Shown here: in pieces, positions 47,505 through 57,004 of the stretch | Numbering within the stretch: position 1 is the stretch's first letter | Layout: each line of letters begins with the position of its first letter | IMG/VR virus record: IMGVR_UViG_3300045988_061891 | Strand: one strand, 5' to 3' | Length of the DNA stretch: 64,000 nucleotides | Origin: a virus | Notes under the pieces: generated by a model | What the model was told of the DNA's origin: nothing | Seen by the model: the letters and a program-made list of their open reading frames with translations, nothing else | Database searches by the model: none | Position numbers and translations under genes: made by a program

Positions 47505-50500
47505 TTACTTACAAAGACCGTGGTCTTTAGAATCTAATTTATCAAACTCAGCGTTAAGGTCTGCTGTTGTAGTACTGGTCCAATTTGACTTACTCCAAAG
47601 ATTTCCTGTACTCAAACCTACTGTATCTCCTTCCATTCTAGCAGCATTGCTTGCATACTGTACCATGCCTACTGACTGATAAGGGTCTTGAAGATTATCA
47701 GAGCTTGCAAACCCTGCTGTACTTGAGCTATAAGGGTCTTCAGCATTGTCATCAAAGCTGACATCAGGACTTGGGTCAGTAACACTGACTGAATGGTTTT
47801 TCTGTGATGAGACTGCAAATGGGTCATCATTGAAGTTATCAACAACCAAATCCTCACTCACTCTTGACTTCCTCTTTGAACCTTTAGCAAGCTCAGATAC
47901 TTTGAAGTTACTATCACCTCTGTCTTTTACAGACTTATAATCTATATCAGCCACATCTCTGGTGGCATCATAGATGAGAGTTCCATCAGGCTTACCTTGT
48001 GCATATTGTCTACCCTCTATCCTAGTATATACAGGATTGGACTGGTCTCCATTGCTGGCAAACAACTCATATTTACCCTTTATTTTAAGAGCAATTATGG
48101 GTAAGAAACCTTGTTCAACAGTACCATTCTCTCTCCTTATCAGGTATCTGGAGTTAAGAGGGAAGGTACCCTCTTTATCTATTTTAAGACGAAAGGCTTC
48201 ATTGTCTCTGCCTGTTTCCCAAGTAATCTGCTTATGCTTGAGCTTCCTAGCACTTTCAGGATGATTCATAATAAATTGCATTATAAATCTACTATCCATT
48301 ATAGGTTCTGATTGTGCTACTCTGCTGTCTACCTCGCGATAAGCATCTATAAGTCCAGGTATAGAAGAAAGAAATACACTACTAAAGAAGTTAGAGAAAC
48401 TGTTATGTCTGAAAGTCATACCATTATCAAAGAATGAATATAGAGCCAGGTCTACAGCCAGTTTCTTGGCCAGCTCTCTTTCTTCTTTAGAGATATTATC
48501 TCCCATATTGATAAGTTGGTCGAAAGATTCTGTGTACCACTTACGAATCTCAGGTCTTATCTTACCCATATTATCCATCTTGATACCTCTATTGTTCCTA
48601 TTGGATAGTCTCCTGATAGCTTCAAGATTTCTAATATGTGGGTAACGATAGTTTCCTTCACTGTCCTTAAGTTGCAACATTACTTTGAGCTTGATTGGGA
48701 AATCATGAATATAATAGTTTCTCTTTTCTATCAAACTATGTTCGTCATCTTTACCAAACAAAGAGTGTCTAGTAAGAAGGAACATATTATACTCACTCAA
48801 GAGCTGCTTAATAATAGGAATACTGTTATTACGTCTAAGGTCTAAATCAGTAAACGCCATAAAAGTATTCATTCTGTTGAAAGAAGCTCTACTGAATTGG
48901 GACAGTCTGTTCTCAAGAAGACCTCTTGCACCTACAAAGCCAAGTGAATACACAGCTTGTATTCTGGGTATAGGGGCTTTCTTGAGTTCTGCCTCAAACT
49001 TCTCCTTGTCAAAGGCTCCATTAGTCAAAAATCTTCTATCATTGGGGTCAAGAGTAAAGTCTACCAAGTTTTGTACTCCTTCTATAGGATAGTCTCTAGA
49101 ATAGGCTCTGTCCTGTATTGCAGTTCTGATTTTTTCAAAGGTAAGTATCTGCCTTATTGCAGTTGCCATATCAGAGCTAAGGGCACCATTTGAACTATCA
49201 CACTTTAACACTGGAGAAAGTAAAGCAAGTTGACTTGCACTCTTCTCTGCTTTTGTTCTCCAAATGTAAAACATCTTCATAAATGACTTATCTTCTTCAG
49301 TAAGTTCTTGACCAAGTTTAAGTTTGGCTCTTACTGCTGTCAGTTCATTCATATTAAGGTCAAAAGTCCTGTGCTTGTCAGCTAATCTAACCTTATTTTC
49401 CTTTGCAATCTGCTTACCATAGTTGAAGAGGTCTGTAGCATTAAGAATCATACCTATATCTTCAATGCCTATTCCAAGTCTTACAAGGAAACCAGCGAGG
49501 TCAGCAGTAGCAGGACTTAAGTTCATATCACCGAGACATGGGTTCTTTCCATTATCAGGAGCAGCAGCCTGCAATTGAGCACATAATTCACCAATTCTCT
49601 TACCATTGACAGGAGAATAAACTTGGTCAATTTTATCCAGTACCATTCCATTGAAGACTACTTGATTACCTTCTTTTAGCCTTAAGTTCAAGAACTGGAG
49701 TTTATAATGTGCTGAAGAATTAAGTGCCAATATACCAATAAGGTCATTACCATCCATAAGATTCTTACGAGTACTTACATAACCTGTAATGTCCATAGGA
49801 TTAACAACCTCAGAGAACTTATTGTAGAAGTCCTCAAGCTCCTTCCATAGAGTGTTCTCAGGATTCTGAGGTTCTGATAACGCCCTATACAGCAGATTGA
49901 CATCTCCTTTACATCTAAGTCTAAGAAAAGCTGCCAAAGCAGCAGGACTCTTCATGATTCTCTGTTGTCTTGAGGAGTTCTGAGGACTTGTAAAGTGACC
50001 CATTCTCATCATAAGCCTGGAGCCTTCAGGAGAAGTAAGGGTCTTGAACATGAAATCTATAATCATGTTATCCCTCTCCTCCTTATTACTGTTCTGAAGG
50101 GTTGCCTCTAAGTCAAGATTGTTATGACTGTCTGTTACAGGTTTGGGAGTGAGAATTTTATAACTTGGTTTATCAAATTTAAGAGTATATCCAAGTTCAT
50201 CCATGAATGCGTTAAAAGTCTCACTATTTGCTCTAAGACTTTCAACCTCTTGGTCAGTCATACCATGGCTACCTCTAGTAAGCCTCCTTATAGTTCTCTC
50301 ATCAGTAAAGGACTCTGTTTCAGCCTCCTCAATAGCGTTTAAGATTTCAGGTCTTGTTTTACCTTTGTCTCTTTCCTCCTCCTCTAAGAAACCATCCCAA
50401 GCTTCGAAGAACTCTTTCATTTCAGAATTACCGTCAAGTTGGTTCTGGGAAAGCCACTTGTTGTATTCATAAGCCAATTGACGTCTGTCATAAGTCTCTC

Positions 50501-53500
50501 TTCTAAGAGTCTTGAGCATGATAAATAGCTTATCAATATCAAAGTCAGTACCTGACATGGTAATAATATCGGAAGGAAGCATTATTACACTACCTCCGAT
50601 AGAAGGCATAAATCCTGCAATCCTCAGAGGGAACATTGAGTACTTATCCTCTGTGGGAATTCTATAGCCAATTGCTTCGAGAATACTATCAGCATCCTTG
50701 CCAAGAACTCTCCTCATCTCTTCGTAATCAAGACTGAAAGTACCATCATCAGCTTCAGTTAGGAAGTCTTCAAGTTGGTCCTTCATTGTATAGGATAGAT
50801 AGCAGGGAATATACTCGACAGCTTTATGCTCCTTACCATCAGCACCTTTAACTACCTTGTACTTGACATGAAGTTTGTCGTGCAATCCTATGTTGGACAC
50901 AAGAACTGCATTGCCTCCATTGATTCTCTGGTTCTGAATATGATTCTTGAAATTACTAAGGAACAAGTCTTCAATCTTACCAGTCATGAGAGGGGTATTG
51001 AAAGGAATCCAGAACTCCTCTCCTGTTGCATCAATAGTAGCAGCTCTTCTGAAGTCTGAACTGAATTTGGCAGGCTGCTGTCTCATAGCTGACTGAAGCA
51101 TCCCTTCTACAGACTTCATATCTGAGAAAGACTTAGCCAGTTTCTCAAAAGATTCTATGTATTGTCTATCATGTAATTCATTGTAATATGCTATAGCCTG
51201 TTCTCTGTTAAGAACAGTGCTTTTTCCATTTATATTTACTGTCATAGTAAAGGTCTCAGGAAGGTCAGCAGGTATGATATTTCTACCCTGGGAACCTTCA
51301 AGGGCCTGAGTATCTGTAAGGTGGTCATCAGTAGGCTGCATTACCATATAATCTCTGAGAGGAACCTCATGTACCATCTCAGGTCTTATATAAGCCATAC
51401 CATCTACTTCAACCATAAGTTGCTTCTCGAGGTACTCCATAACAGCTTCTTTTGTACTGAACTCCAGATTGTCAATGGCCTTATTATACTCCTCAGATGT
51501 AATCTCTTCATTAACAAGAGCAGCACCAAGGTTCTTGATAAATTCGGAGTAAGAGGGGGCATCTATCTTTTTGTTTCCAACTCTGATGAATCCCTTTTCC
51601 GCCTGAGCTGCAAACTTTTCAGGGTCATGAGATATATCAATAGAGTTATTGAAGCCTTCCTTAACTACAGAGTGGAAATGTACTACATCAAGTCCCACAT
51701 CATCTCTTTTCATAAATTCTTGGAGAGCTTGCAATGCAGTACTTTGATTGACAGGACTATTAAGAAATGAGAAAGCAGCAGACAGCAAGTACTCAGAGTT
51801 CTTGTGCTGAGTTACTATCTTCTCAAGTCTTCCATTATGCCTACTTTCCTCATATGTGAATACAAAAGGTTTGATAGCACTTAGAAAAGTTTTGAAGTCC
51901 TCTCTGTTGAAAGTTCCATTCTGTAATCTCTGATAGGTATCATTCATATCCTGGGTCCATTTTCCTCCCATTGCTTCAAACACTGTTTTGAATGAATCCA
52001 GAACTCTAAAAGACTGACCATCAGTAAGACATATACTGGCAAAGGACTTCTTAAGAAGACCCTTTTCCACTATACCCAGACCTTCAATCTCATCAAGCAT
52101 CTTTGAAAGCTCAGAAAGAGTGTTGGATGCTCTGTACACATCTTCTACGTATAGACCTCTTTCTACGAGTTCATTACCATCTTTATCCTGATAATAGAGT
52201 CTTTCACCTCCTGCGAAAGCCTGTTTGTTTCTCTTGATAAAGTCAGTAAAGTTCTTATAATATGCAAGGTCTCCACCGAGTATCTGTATCAGTTGATTCT
52301 GAGCAAAATAATCATTGTAAAAGAACTCTTCTAGATAAGACTCAGCTTCAGAAAGCTTGGCAGCTTTCTCCTCTAACTTGGACTGATTGTTTTCAGATTC
52401 TTCAGAATCTTCAGAATCTTCTTCCTCATCAAAGCCATCTGTATCAAGAACATCATCCTCATTGCCAATCTGACTCTTGTCAGTATCTTTCGATTCACTA
52501 TGAAGTCTATCATAAAGAGAGATTTTGAAAGATTCTGAAACAGAAGTACTGAGCTTTTTAAATCCAGCCTCAAGTAAGGCTTTTATCCTATTAGTCAGTT
52601 CTTTATTAACACGAGCTTCCCATTGTCCTTTACTTTCAATATCTTCATTGAACTCATACATATCCATAAGCTCATCGAAGACTTCCTTTTTGTTAAACTC
52701 TGGGAAGAAGTTAAACTGTGCTCCACGACTCTCAGTTCCTCCCTCATTGAAGAACTCTACATTTCTGCCATTAGTTCTTTTTCTTACAGCACTTATTCTT
52801 TTAAGCTCCTGCTTAACACTTTGGACGAGATACTTTATGATTCTTTCTTTGTAATCTCCTGTAGCAAGATTACCTTCATCATCATATTCTTGCTCTGCGG
52901 TGTATCTTCTAAGTTTAAAGAAAGTCATTGCATCTGCATCAGAGAACAATGGGTTTCTATAATAAGCGAAGTTGATTCCAGCATCACTATTAGCAGTGAA
53001 ATACATATTGATAATGCCTTCGAGTAAAGCCTCCTCAGACACTCTCTGAATTTCATTTTTTGTATCTCTTCCTCCTATTGCTAAGAGTTGAACATAAGAG
53101 AAGTTCTTTCTTAATATCTCGGCAACAAAGCTGGAGCCTTTTGACCTTATATCAGTCATAGAGTTGAGCAACTGATTGTCCTTGAAGAAGTCAAACTTTG
53201 TGAAGTTCTGATAGATATATTCAAGAGCTTCAGTTTCACTTGATAATCTTATAGTTCCTGTCATTCTGTCAATGAAGTTGGGAGCAGTATAAGAGGGACG
53301 ACTTTTGTCACCAAATCTGAACATATTCTGAGTAAATCCTTCGGAAACTACACCTACAATGCTTGCAATAAGCTGAACTCTAGCTTTATTGTCTTGTACT
53401 AGAGGATTTCCAGTATTATTGAAATTATTGATAGTTTCTTTTATTACGTTCAGAAGTGTTGAAAGTCTACCTATTTGATTTCTAGTAAGTGCTACCTCCA

Positions 53501-56500
53501 CCTCTTCTGTCTCATTGTTCACTCTCATTACATCACCAGTAGTGGGACTTAGTGAAAATGAATAATCGTCAGTAGGTTCTAAAGACGGTACTAGACTGTT
53601 GATGTCTAGGTTATCAGTATCTATTCCTATTGCTTTAAGAAGTTCTTCAAGAGTTATCTTATTAGGAGTGGTTTCACCTGTAACATTACCATTTTTATCT
53701 CTAGTAGGAACTTTGTCTCCTCTTAGTACAGCTAAAGCATCAGCCAGTCTACTCAAGTCTGGGGTAGCAGCTTTAGCAAAGTCCCTGAGTGCAGTTTCAG
53801 CGAATAACAATGGACTGTGAACCTTAAGAAGCTCTCTATCCCTAAGCTTTCTAGTGTTACTGAAGCTACCTAAGATAGCTGCAATGTTGTTGCTAGGTCT
53901 GCCATATTCATCGTAGACAGAGTATTTTTCACTTAATATTACGCCACCTTCGTAGTTCTTCTGCATATTGTCAAATAATACTTCAGAAGCACTGGTCACA
54001 TTGCAGGAAGTGAATCTTCCATTACTACCACTTACGTAACCATATTCTACATAGGCTTTGTTTGCTGCTCTATAGAACTCCTTTCTGAGGTCAAAATCAA
54101 ACTCATCTTCTTTACCTTCAGTAACTTTAACTTTGCTTACTATGGAACTCATCCATGGATATTTGGCAAGCATCATATCAAGCTTATTGTCAAAGTCTTC
54201 AATAGAAATTGAGTCGGAAAGCTCATCAAGTAACACATAATACACGTATGAGGAATTCATCCTTATGGGCATACCTAGGTCATTAAACATTACCTCAATT
54301 GCACCATTATAATCTCTTTTCATTTTGGTTATACTGCTAAGAACAGATTTCATCTTAGCAGATAGTGTGGTCCAAGGGTCTCTGAGACGATACTTCATAA
54401 TGAAATCCATCTTACCTACGTTAAGATTTTCTTCATCAAGCTCACTATTTTCCAGTTCTTCTTTACTAGGAGCAAATTGTATGTCTGTAATTACGATGCC
54501 CTCATTGACATCAAGGTCAAATCTTGCCTCATCCAGCACTGCTGTCCAAACTTTTTCATCTGAAAGAGTCTCAAAAACACTCTTTAGGTGAGCTGCTCTA
54601 GCTGAGGCTCTCTTAGCTAGAGTATTGGAGCTCTTTATCCAACCTTTCTGAGCTGCCTCCAGCATAAAATATTTACCGAGATAGCTGCTTTCATCCTGCA
54701 AGACTTCTGTCAGTTCGTCAACCTCTGAAGCAGCTACAGCTTTTACCATAGCCCACATAGTACCATCCATATAGTCTTCCTCATTTTGAGATTTTATATG
54801 GAAGAAATTGTCCATGATTGACCTGTAGCCTTGTAGATTATCATCAAAGTCCAAGACATCTACTCTTAAATTCTCAAGAGCAAACAATCTTATCTTACTA
54901 TAGTCTCCTCTGGTAAGACCATCCTTCATTTGTCTGTAAGTAAGAGAGGTGTCCTTATATTGAGTATCCAAATCTTCTTCAGGAATACTATTAAGATACT
55001 CTAACTCACTTTCTATCAGCCAAGTGAGGTCATCGGAGAATTTAGTGGTGATAAAGTCCACTTTTGCCTTTCTCTCGTGAATATCAGGGAAAGCCTGAAG
55101 AAGGGTGTTTGTTAAGTCTGACTCAACAGCCATTGCTTCAGTTGGTCTTTGCTCTGTAAGGCTCTCTTTTGCAGCTTCTATTCTTTTCTCTTTTGCCGTT
55201 TTGACATTTTTTTCTTCAGTGGTTTCAGCCCTTTTACTGGAAGGTCTGCTTGAAGACTTTTTAGGAGCTACTACAGGATTGAGTTCTACTTTGAACTTGT
55301 CTCCTTGAGTGCTTATTACTTGAGATAATATCCCAAGTTCCTTCTGAAGCTGGTCTTGTAAGTAATCAGCCATCTGCCTTGACAGTTCTCCTGTTATACT
55401 TGAGGGGAATACTACTCTCTTGAATTTACCCCCAAAGAGAGCTTCCTTGATAGCTTGAATGTCTGCATCAATTACCTGTTTCCAAGTTTCAAAGTCATCT
55501 TCAGTCATTTTAGCTTGACTTACACCATTTCTATTTTTCCTTGTTACCAGACCCATGGCATTCTTATTAGGATTGCCATTAACGTCGGTTCTTACTATTC
55601 CAGAAGAGGTACTTCTGTTGAGGGCATTGTTTCTCTTATCTTCTTCAATATCCTCGACACCCTTCATAGGGGATTTCTCACCTGTGAGAGCCTGTCTTTG
55701 TTGAGCAGATTCTGCATATATATATAATGTGTCAGGGGTCTTGGCTACAGTCATTTTGTCTATAGACTTCTGATAAGATTCTGAATCAATTATAGCAAGG
55801 TTGGCTTCGCCTACTTTACTATTATCTCTAGGAGCTCCTTCCACTGTCATATCTACCAACTTCATATACTTTTCAAGTAGATAATTGTATAGCTTGGGAG
55901 TACGGGTGGAGTTCAGACCTGAGATAGAGGAATTAAATAAACCATTCTTAGGAAGAACTATAGTTTTGAATTTACCTGATTTCCAAGCCTCTTCAATGGA
56001 ATCAAATTCATCATCAATTACTTGTTTGAATTCATCAAAGTCTGCATCAGTCCATCTGCCTGTATTTCCTTTGGCACCTTCATGGTACCATCTCTGAGTA
56101 CTGATAGGTCTTGCATTATCCAAGCCTCTCAGAATAGCAGTAGTTGTTTTGGGATAGTGGTGTCCTTTACCATACTTCTTAGCGTACCAACTGTCATCAG
56201 CAATCCCCTCACTACCACTGTCTCTGTCAGTGTTATCAGTGAAAATATACAAAGTATTTTCATCCAAGGCAACTTCATCTCTGGTGTACCACTTAGTAGC
56301 AACCCAAAGTTTATCTATAAGTTGCTCCTTGGACCGTTGTCTATCCCTGACACTCTGCATTACTGTGTTTAGAGTTGTCCTATCACTTAGGAGCTGCTCA
56401 AGAGTAACCGCAGGGTGTCTTGTAAGGTAGCCATTAACTCCAGCTATAACTTCAGCAGAGTTAAGGCCCTTTACAGTTACTAGTTTTGCTATATTATCAA

Positions 56501-56534
56501 CTAGTGTACTATTGATATAAGGGCATTTAATCAT
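47505..56534 (-). CDS. Virion-packaged RNA polymerase (crAss-type two-barrel RNAP), giant single polypeptide
   Basis: It contains MSGTDFDIDKLFIML, the DFDID metal-binding loop of crAss-like virion RNAPs. The start is assigned to ATG 56534 (MIKCPYINS...), 19 nt downstream of a TACCTTTG box. The track start at 56648 lies inside a terminator hairpin. Confidence 0.75.
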   Translation of the reverse strand: MIKCPYINSTLVDNIAKLVTVKGLNSAEVIAGVNGYLTRHPAVTLEQLLSDRTTLNTVMQSVRDRQRSKEQLIDKLWVATKWYTRDEVALDENTLYIFTDNTDRDSGSEGIADDSWYAKKYGKGHHYPKTTTAILRGLDNARPISTQRWYHEGAKGNTGRWTDADFDEFKQVIDDEFDSIEEAWKSGKFKTIVLPKNGLFNSSISGLNSTRTPKLYNYLLEKYMKLVDMTVEGAPRDNSKVGEANLAIIDSESYQKSIDKMTVAKTPDTLYIYAESAQQRQALTGEKSPMKGVEDIEEDKRNNALNRSTSSGIVRTDVNGNPNKNAMGLVTRKNRNGVSQAKMTEDDFETWKQVIDADIQAIKEALFGGKFKRVVFPSSITGELSRQMADYLQDQLQKELGILSQVISTQGDKFKVELNPVVAPKKSSSRPSSKRAETTEEKNVKTAKEKRIEAAKESLTEQRPTEAMAVESDLTNTLLQAFPDIHERKAKVDFITTKFSDDLTWLIESELEYLNSIPEEDLDTQYKDTSLTYRQMKDGLTRGDYSKIRLFALENLRVDVLDFDDNLQGYRSIMDNFFHIKSQNEEDYMDGTMWAMVKAVAASEVDELTEVLQDESSYLGKYFMLEAAQKGWIKSSNTLAKRASARAAHLKSVFETLSDEKVWTAVLDEARFDLDVNEGIVITDIQFAPSKEELENSELDEENLNVGKMDFIMKYRLRDPWTTLSAKMKSVLSSITKMKRDYNGAIEVMFNDLGMPIRMNSSYVYYVLLDELSDSISIEDFDNKLDMMLAKYPWMSSIVSKVKVTEGKEDEFDFDLRKEFYRAANKAYVEYGYVSGSNGRFTSCNVTSASEVLFDNMQKNYEGGVILSEKYSVYDEYGRPSNNIAAILGSFSNTRKLRDRELLKVHSPLLFAETALRDFAKAATPDLSRLADALAVLRGDKVPTRDKNGNVTGETTPNKITLEELLKAIGIDTDNLDINSLVPSLEPTDDYSFSLSPTTGDVMRVNNETEEVEVALTRNQIGRLSTLLNVIKETINNFNNTGNPLVQDNKARVQLIASIVGVVSEGFTQNMFRFGDKSRPSYTAPNFIDRMTGTIRLSSETEALEYIYQNFTKFDFFKDNQLLNSMTDIRSKGSSFVAEILRKNFSYVQLLAIGGRDTKNEIQRVSEEALLEGIINMYFTANSDAGINFAYYRNPLFSDADAMTFFKLRRYTAEQEYDDEGNLATGDYKERIIKYLVQSVKQELKRISAVRKRTNGRNVEFFNEGGTESRGAQFNFFPEFNKKEVFDELMDMYEFNEDIESKGQWEARVNKELTNRIKALLEAGFKKLSTSVSESFKISLYDRLHSESKDTDKSQIGNEDDVLDTDGFDEEEDSEDSEESENNQSKLEEKAAKLSEAESYLEEFFYNDYFAQNQLIQILGGDLAYYKNFTDFIKRNKQAFAGGERLYYQDKDGNELVERGLYVEDVYRASNTLSELSKMLDEIEGLGIVEKGLLKKSFASICLTDGQSFRVLDSFKTVFEAMGGKWTQDMNDTYQRLQNGTFNREDFKTFLSAIKPFVFTYEESRHNGRLEKIVTQHKNSEYLLSAAFSFLNSPVNQSTALQALQEFMKRDDVGLDVVHFHSVVKEGFNNSIDISHDPEKFAAQAEKGFIRVGNKKIDAPSYSEFIKNLGAALVNEEITSEEYNKAIDNLEFSTKEAVMEYLEKQLMVEVDGMAYIRPEMVHEVPLRDYMVMQPTDDHLTDTQALEGSQGRNIIPADLPETFTMTVNINGKSTVLNREQAIAYYNELHDRQYIESFEKLAKSFSDMKSVEGMLQSAMRQQPAKFSSDFRRAATIDATGEEFWIPFNTPLMTGKIEDLFLSNFKNHIQNQRINGGNAVLVSNIGLHDKLHVKYKVVKGADGKEHKAVEYIPCYLSYTMKDQLEDFLTEADDGTFSLDYEEMRRVLGKDADSILEAIGYRIPTEDKYSMFPLRIAGFMPSIGGSVIMLPSDIITMSGTDFDIDKLFIMLKTLRRETYDRRQLAYEYNKWLSQNQLDGNSEMKEFFEAWDGFLEEEERDKGKTRPEILNAIEEAETESFTDERTIRRLTRGSHGMTDQEVESLRANSETFNAFMDELGYTLKFDKPSYKILTPKPVTDSHNNLDLEATLQNSNKEERDNMIIDFMFKTLTSPEGSRLMMRMGHFTSPQNSSRQQRIMKSPAALAAFLRLRCKGDVNLLYRALSEPQNPENTLWKELEDFYNKFSEVVNPMDITGYVSTRKNLMDGNDLIGILALNSSAHYKLQFLNLRLKEGNQVVFNGMVLDKIDQVYSPVNGKRIGELCAQLQAAAPDNGKNPCLGDMNLSPATADLAGFLVRLGIGIEDIGMILNATDLFNYGKQIAKENKVRLADKHRTFDLNMNELTAVRAKLKLGQELTEEDKSFMKMFYIWRTKAEKSASQLALLSPVLKCDSSNGALSSDMATAIRQILTFEKIRTAIQDRAYSRDYPIEGVQNLVDFTLDPNDRRFLTNGAFDKEKFEAELKKAPIPRIQAVYSLGFVGARGLLENRLSQFSRASFNRMNTFMAFTDLDLRRNNSIPIIKQLLSEYNMFLLTRHSLFGKDDEHSLIEKRNYYIHDFPIKLKVMLQLKDSEGNYRYPHIRNLEAIRRLSNRNNRGIKMDNMGKIRPEIRKWYTESFDQLINMGDNISKEERELAKKLAVDLALYSFFDNGMTFRHNSFSNFFSSVFLSSIPGLIDAYREVDSRVAQSEPIMDSRFIMQFIMNHPESARKLKHKQITWETGRDNEAFRLKIDKEGTFPLNSRYLIRRENGTVEQGFLPIIALKIKGKYELFASNGDQSNPVYTRIEGRQYAQGKPDGTLIYDATRDVADIDYKSVKDRGDSNFKVSELAKGSKRKSRVSEDLVVDNFNDDPFAVSSQKNHSVSVTDPSPDVSFDDNAEDPYSSSTAGFASSDNLQDPYQSVGMVQYASNAARMEGDTVGLSTGNLWSKSNWTSTTTADLNAEFDKLDSKDHGLCK
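50532..50546 (-). other. DFDID catalytic-loop codons of the virion RNAP
   Basis: The reverse complement of atcaatatcaaagtc is gac ttt gat att gat, which encodes D F D I D. Confidence 0.8.
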
Positions 56535-56553
56535 ATTATTTATAAGTTTTGTG

Positions 56554-56561
56554 CAAAGGTA
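56554..56561 (-). promoter_or_regulatory. Bacteroides-type -7 promoter box (TACCTTTG, minus strand) for the RNAP/polyvalent-protein operon
   Basis: The minus strand reads ttTACCTTTGca, 19 nt upstream of ATG 56534. Confidence 0.6.
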
Positions 56562-56630
56562 AGTAAATTTCTTTATATAACCAACAATATAAGGAAAAAA
56601 CTGAAGGCTATTAATAATTGTGTTTGTGTA

Positions 56631-56678
56631 GAGAAAATAAATGCCCATGTAACTCCATAAATATAAAGCTACATGGGC
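56631..56678 (-). terminator. Hairpin with T-rich tail (minus strand) upstream of the RNAP promoter
   Basis: GCCCATGTA...TACATGGGC forms a 9-bp stem with an 18-nt loop. On the minus strand it is followed by ATTTATTTTCTC. The large loop lowers confidence. Confidence 0.45.
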
Positions 56679-56700
56679 AAAAGAAGTTATTTAGGTGAGT

Positions 56701-56973
56701 TTATATGACATTTTCAAAATAACAATGCTTTTCTACTTGATTTGCTTTCTGAAATGGCGTTGGCCCTGGGCTATAAGAATTTGAAACAAACTGAGATTGA
56801 CCGTTTCTACTCACCAACATATTTTGGGTCTCAAATGTCTCGCCAGGAAATTTTGTTCCAAGAAAATTTGCGCGTTCTAATGCACTCGAAAAGTACTTCT
56901 GAGAGTTTCTCTGATGAAGAGTATCATACTGATTTAATGCAAAAAGGCTCTCCTGTATAAATTGACAAATCAT
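56701..56973 (-). CDS. Hypothetical 90-aa ORF in the spacer upstream of the RNAP gene
   Basis: It is the only sizeable ORF in the 356-nt spacer. It is on the same strand as its neighbours and is followed by a hairpin with a T-rich tail. No recognisable motif was found, and coding status is uncertain. Confidence 0.3.
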   Translation of the reverse strand: MICQFIQESLFALNQYDTLHQRNSQKYFSSALERANFLGTKFPGETFETQNMLVSRNGQSQFVSNSYSPGPTPFQKANQVEKHCYFENVI

Positions 56974-57004
56974 ATTTAAATAATCCTATTCTTTGTTGAT
57001 GAAT

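Noticed and set aside
52392-52418. Three tandem 9-mers (TTCAGATTC, TTCAGAATC, TTCAGAATC) in the RNAP gene.
   Set aside because: They simply encode the acidic low-complexity linker (EDSEDSEESE). There is no evidence of a nucleotide-level function.
56535-56648. A 38-codon N-terminal extension of the RNAP ORF (MGIYFLYTNTIINSLQFFPYIVGYIKKFTYLCTKLINN).
   Set aside because: The extension covers the TACCTTTG promoter box, and its ATG lies within a terminator-like hairpin. The peptide looks like translated AT-rich non-coding sequence. ATG 56534 is preferred.
56742-56960. A 72-aa plus-strand ORF in the spacer upstream of the RNAP gene.
   Set aside because: It is antisense to all neighbouring genes and to the alternative 90-aa ORF. 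It has no promoter box or motif support.
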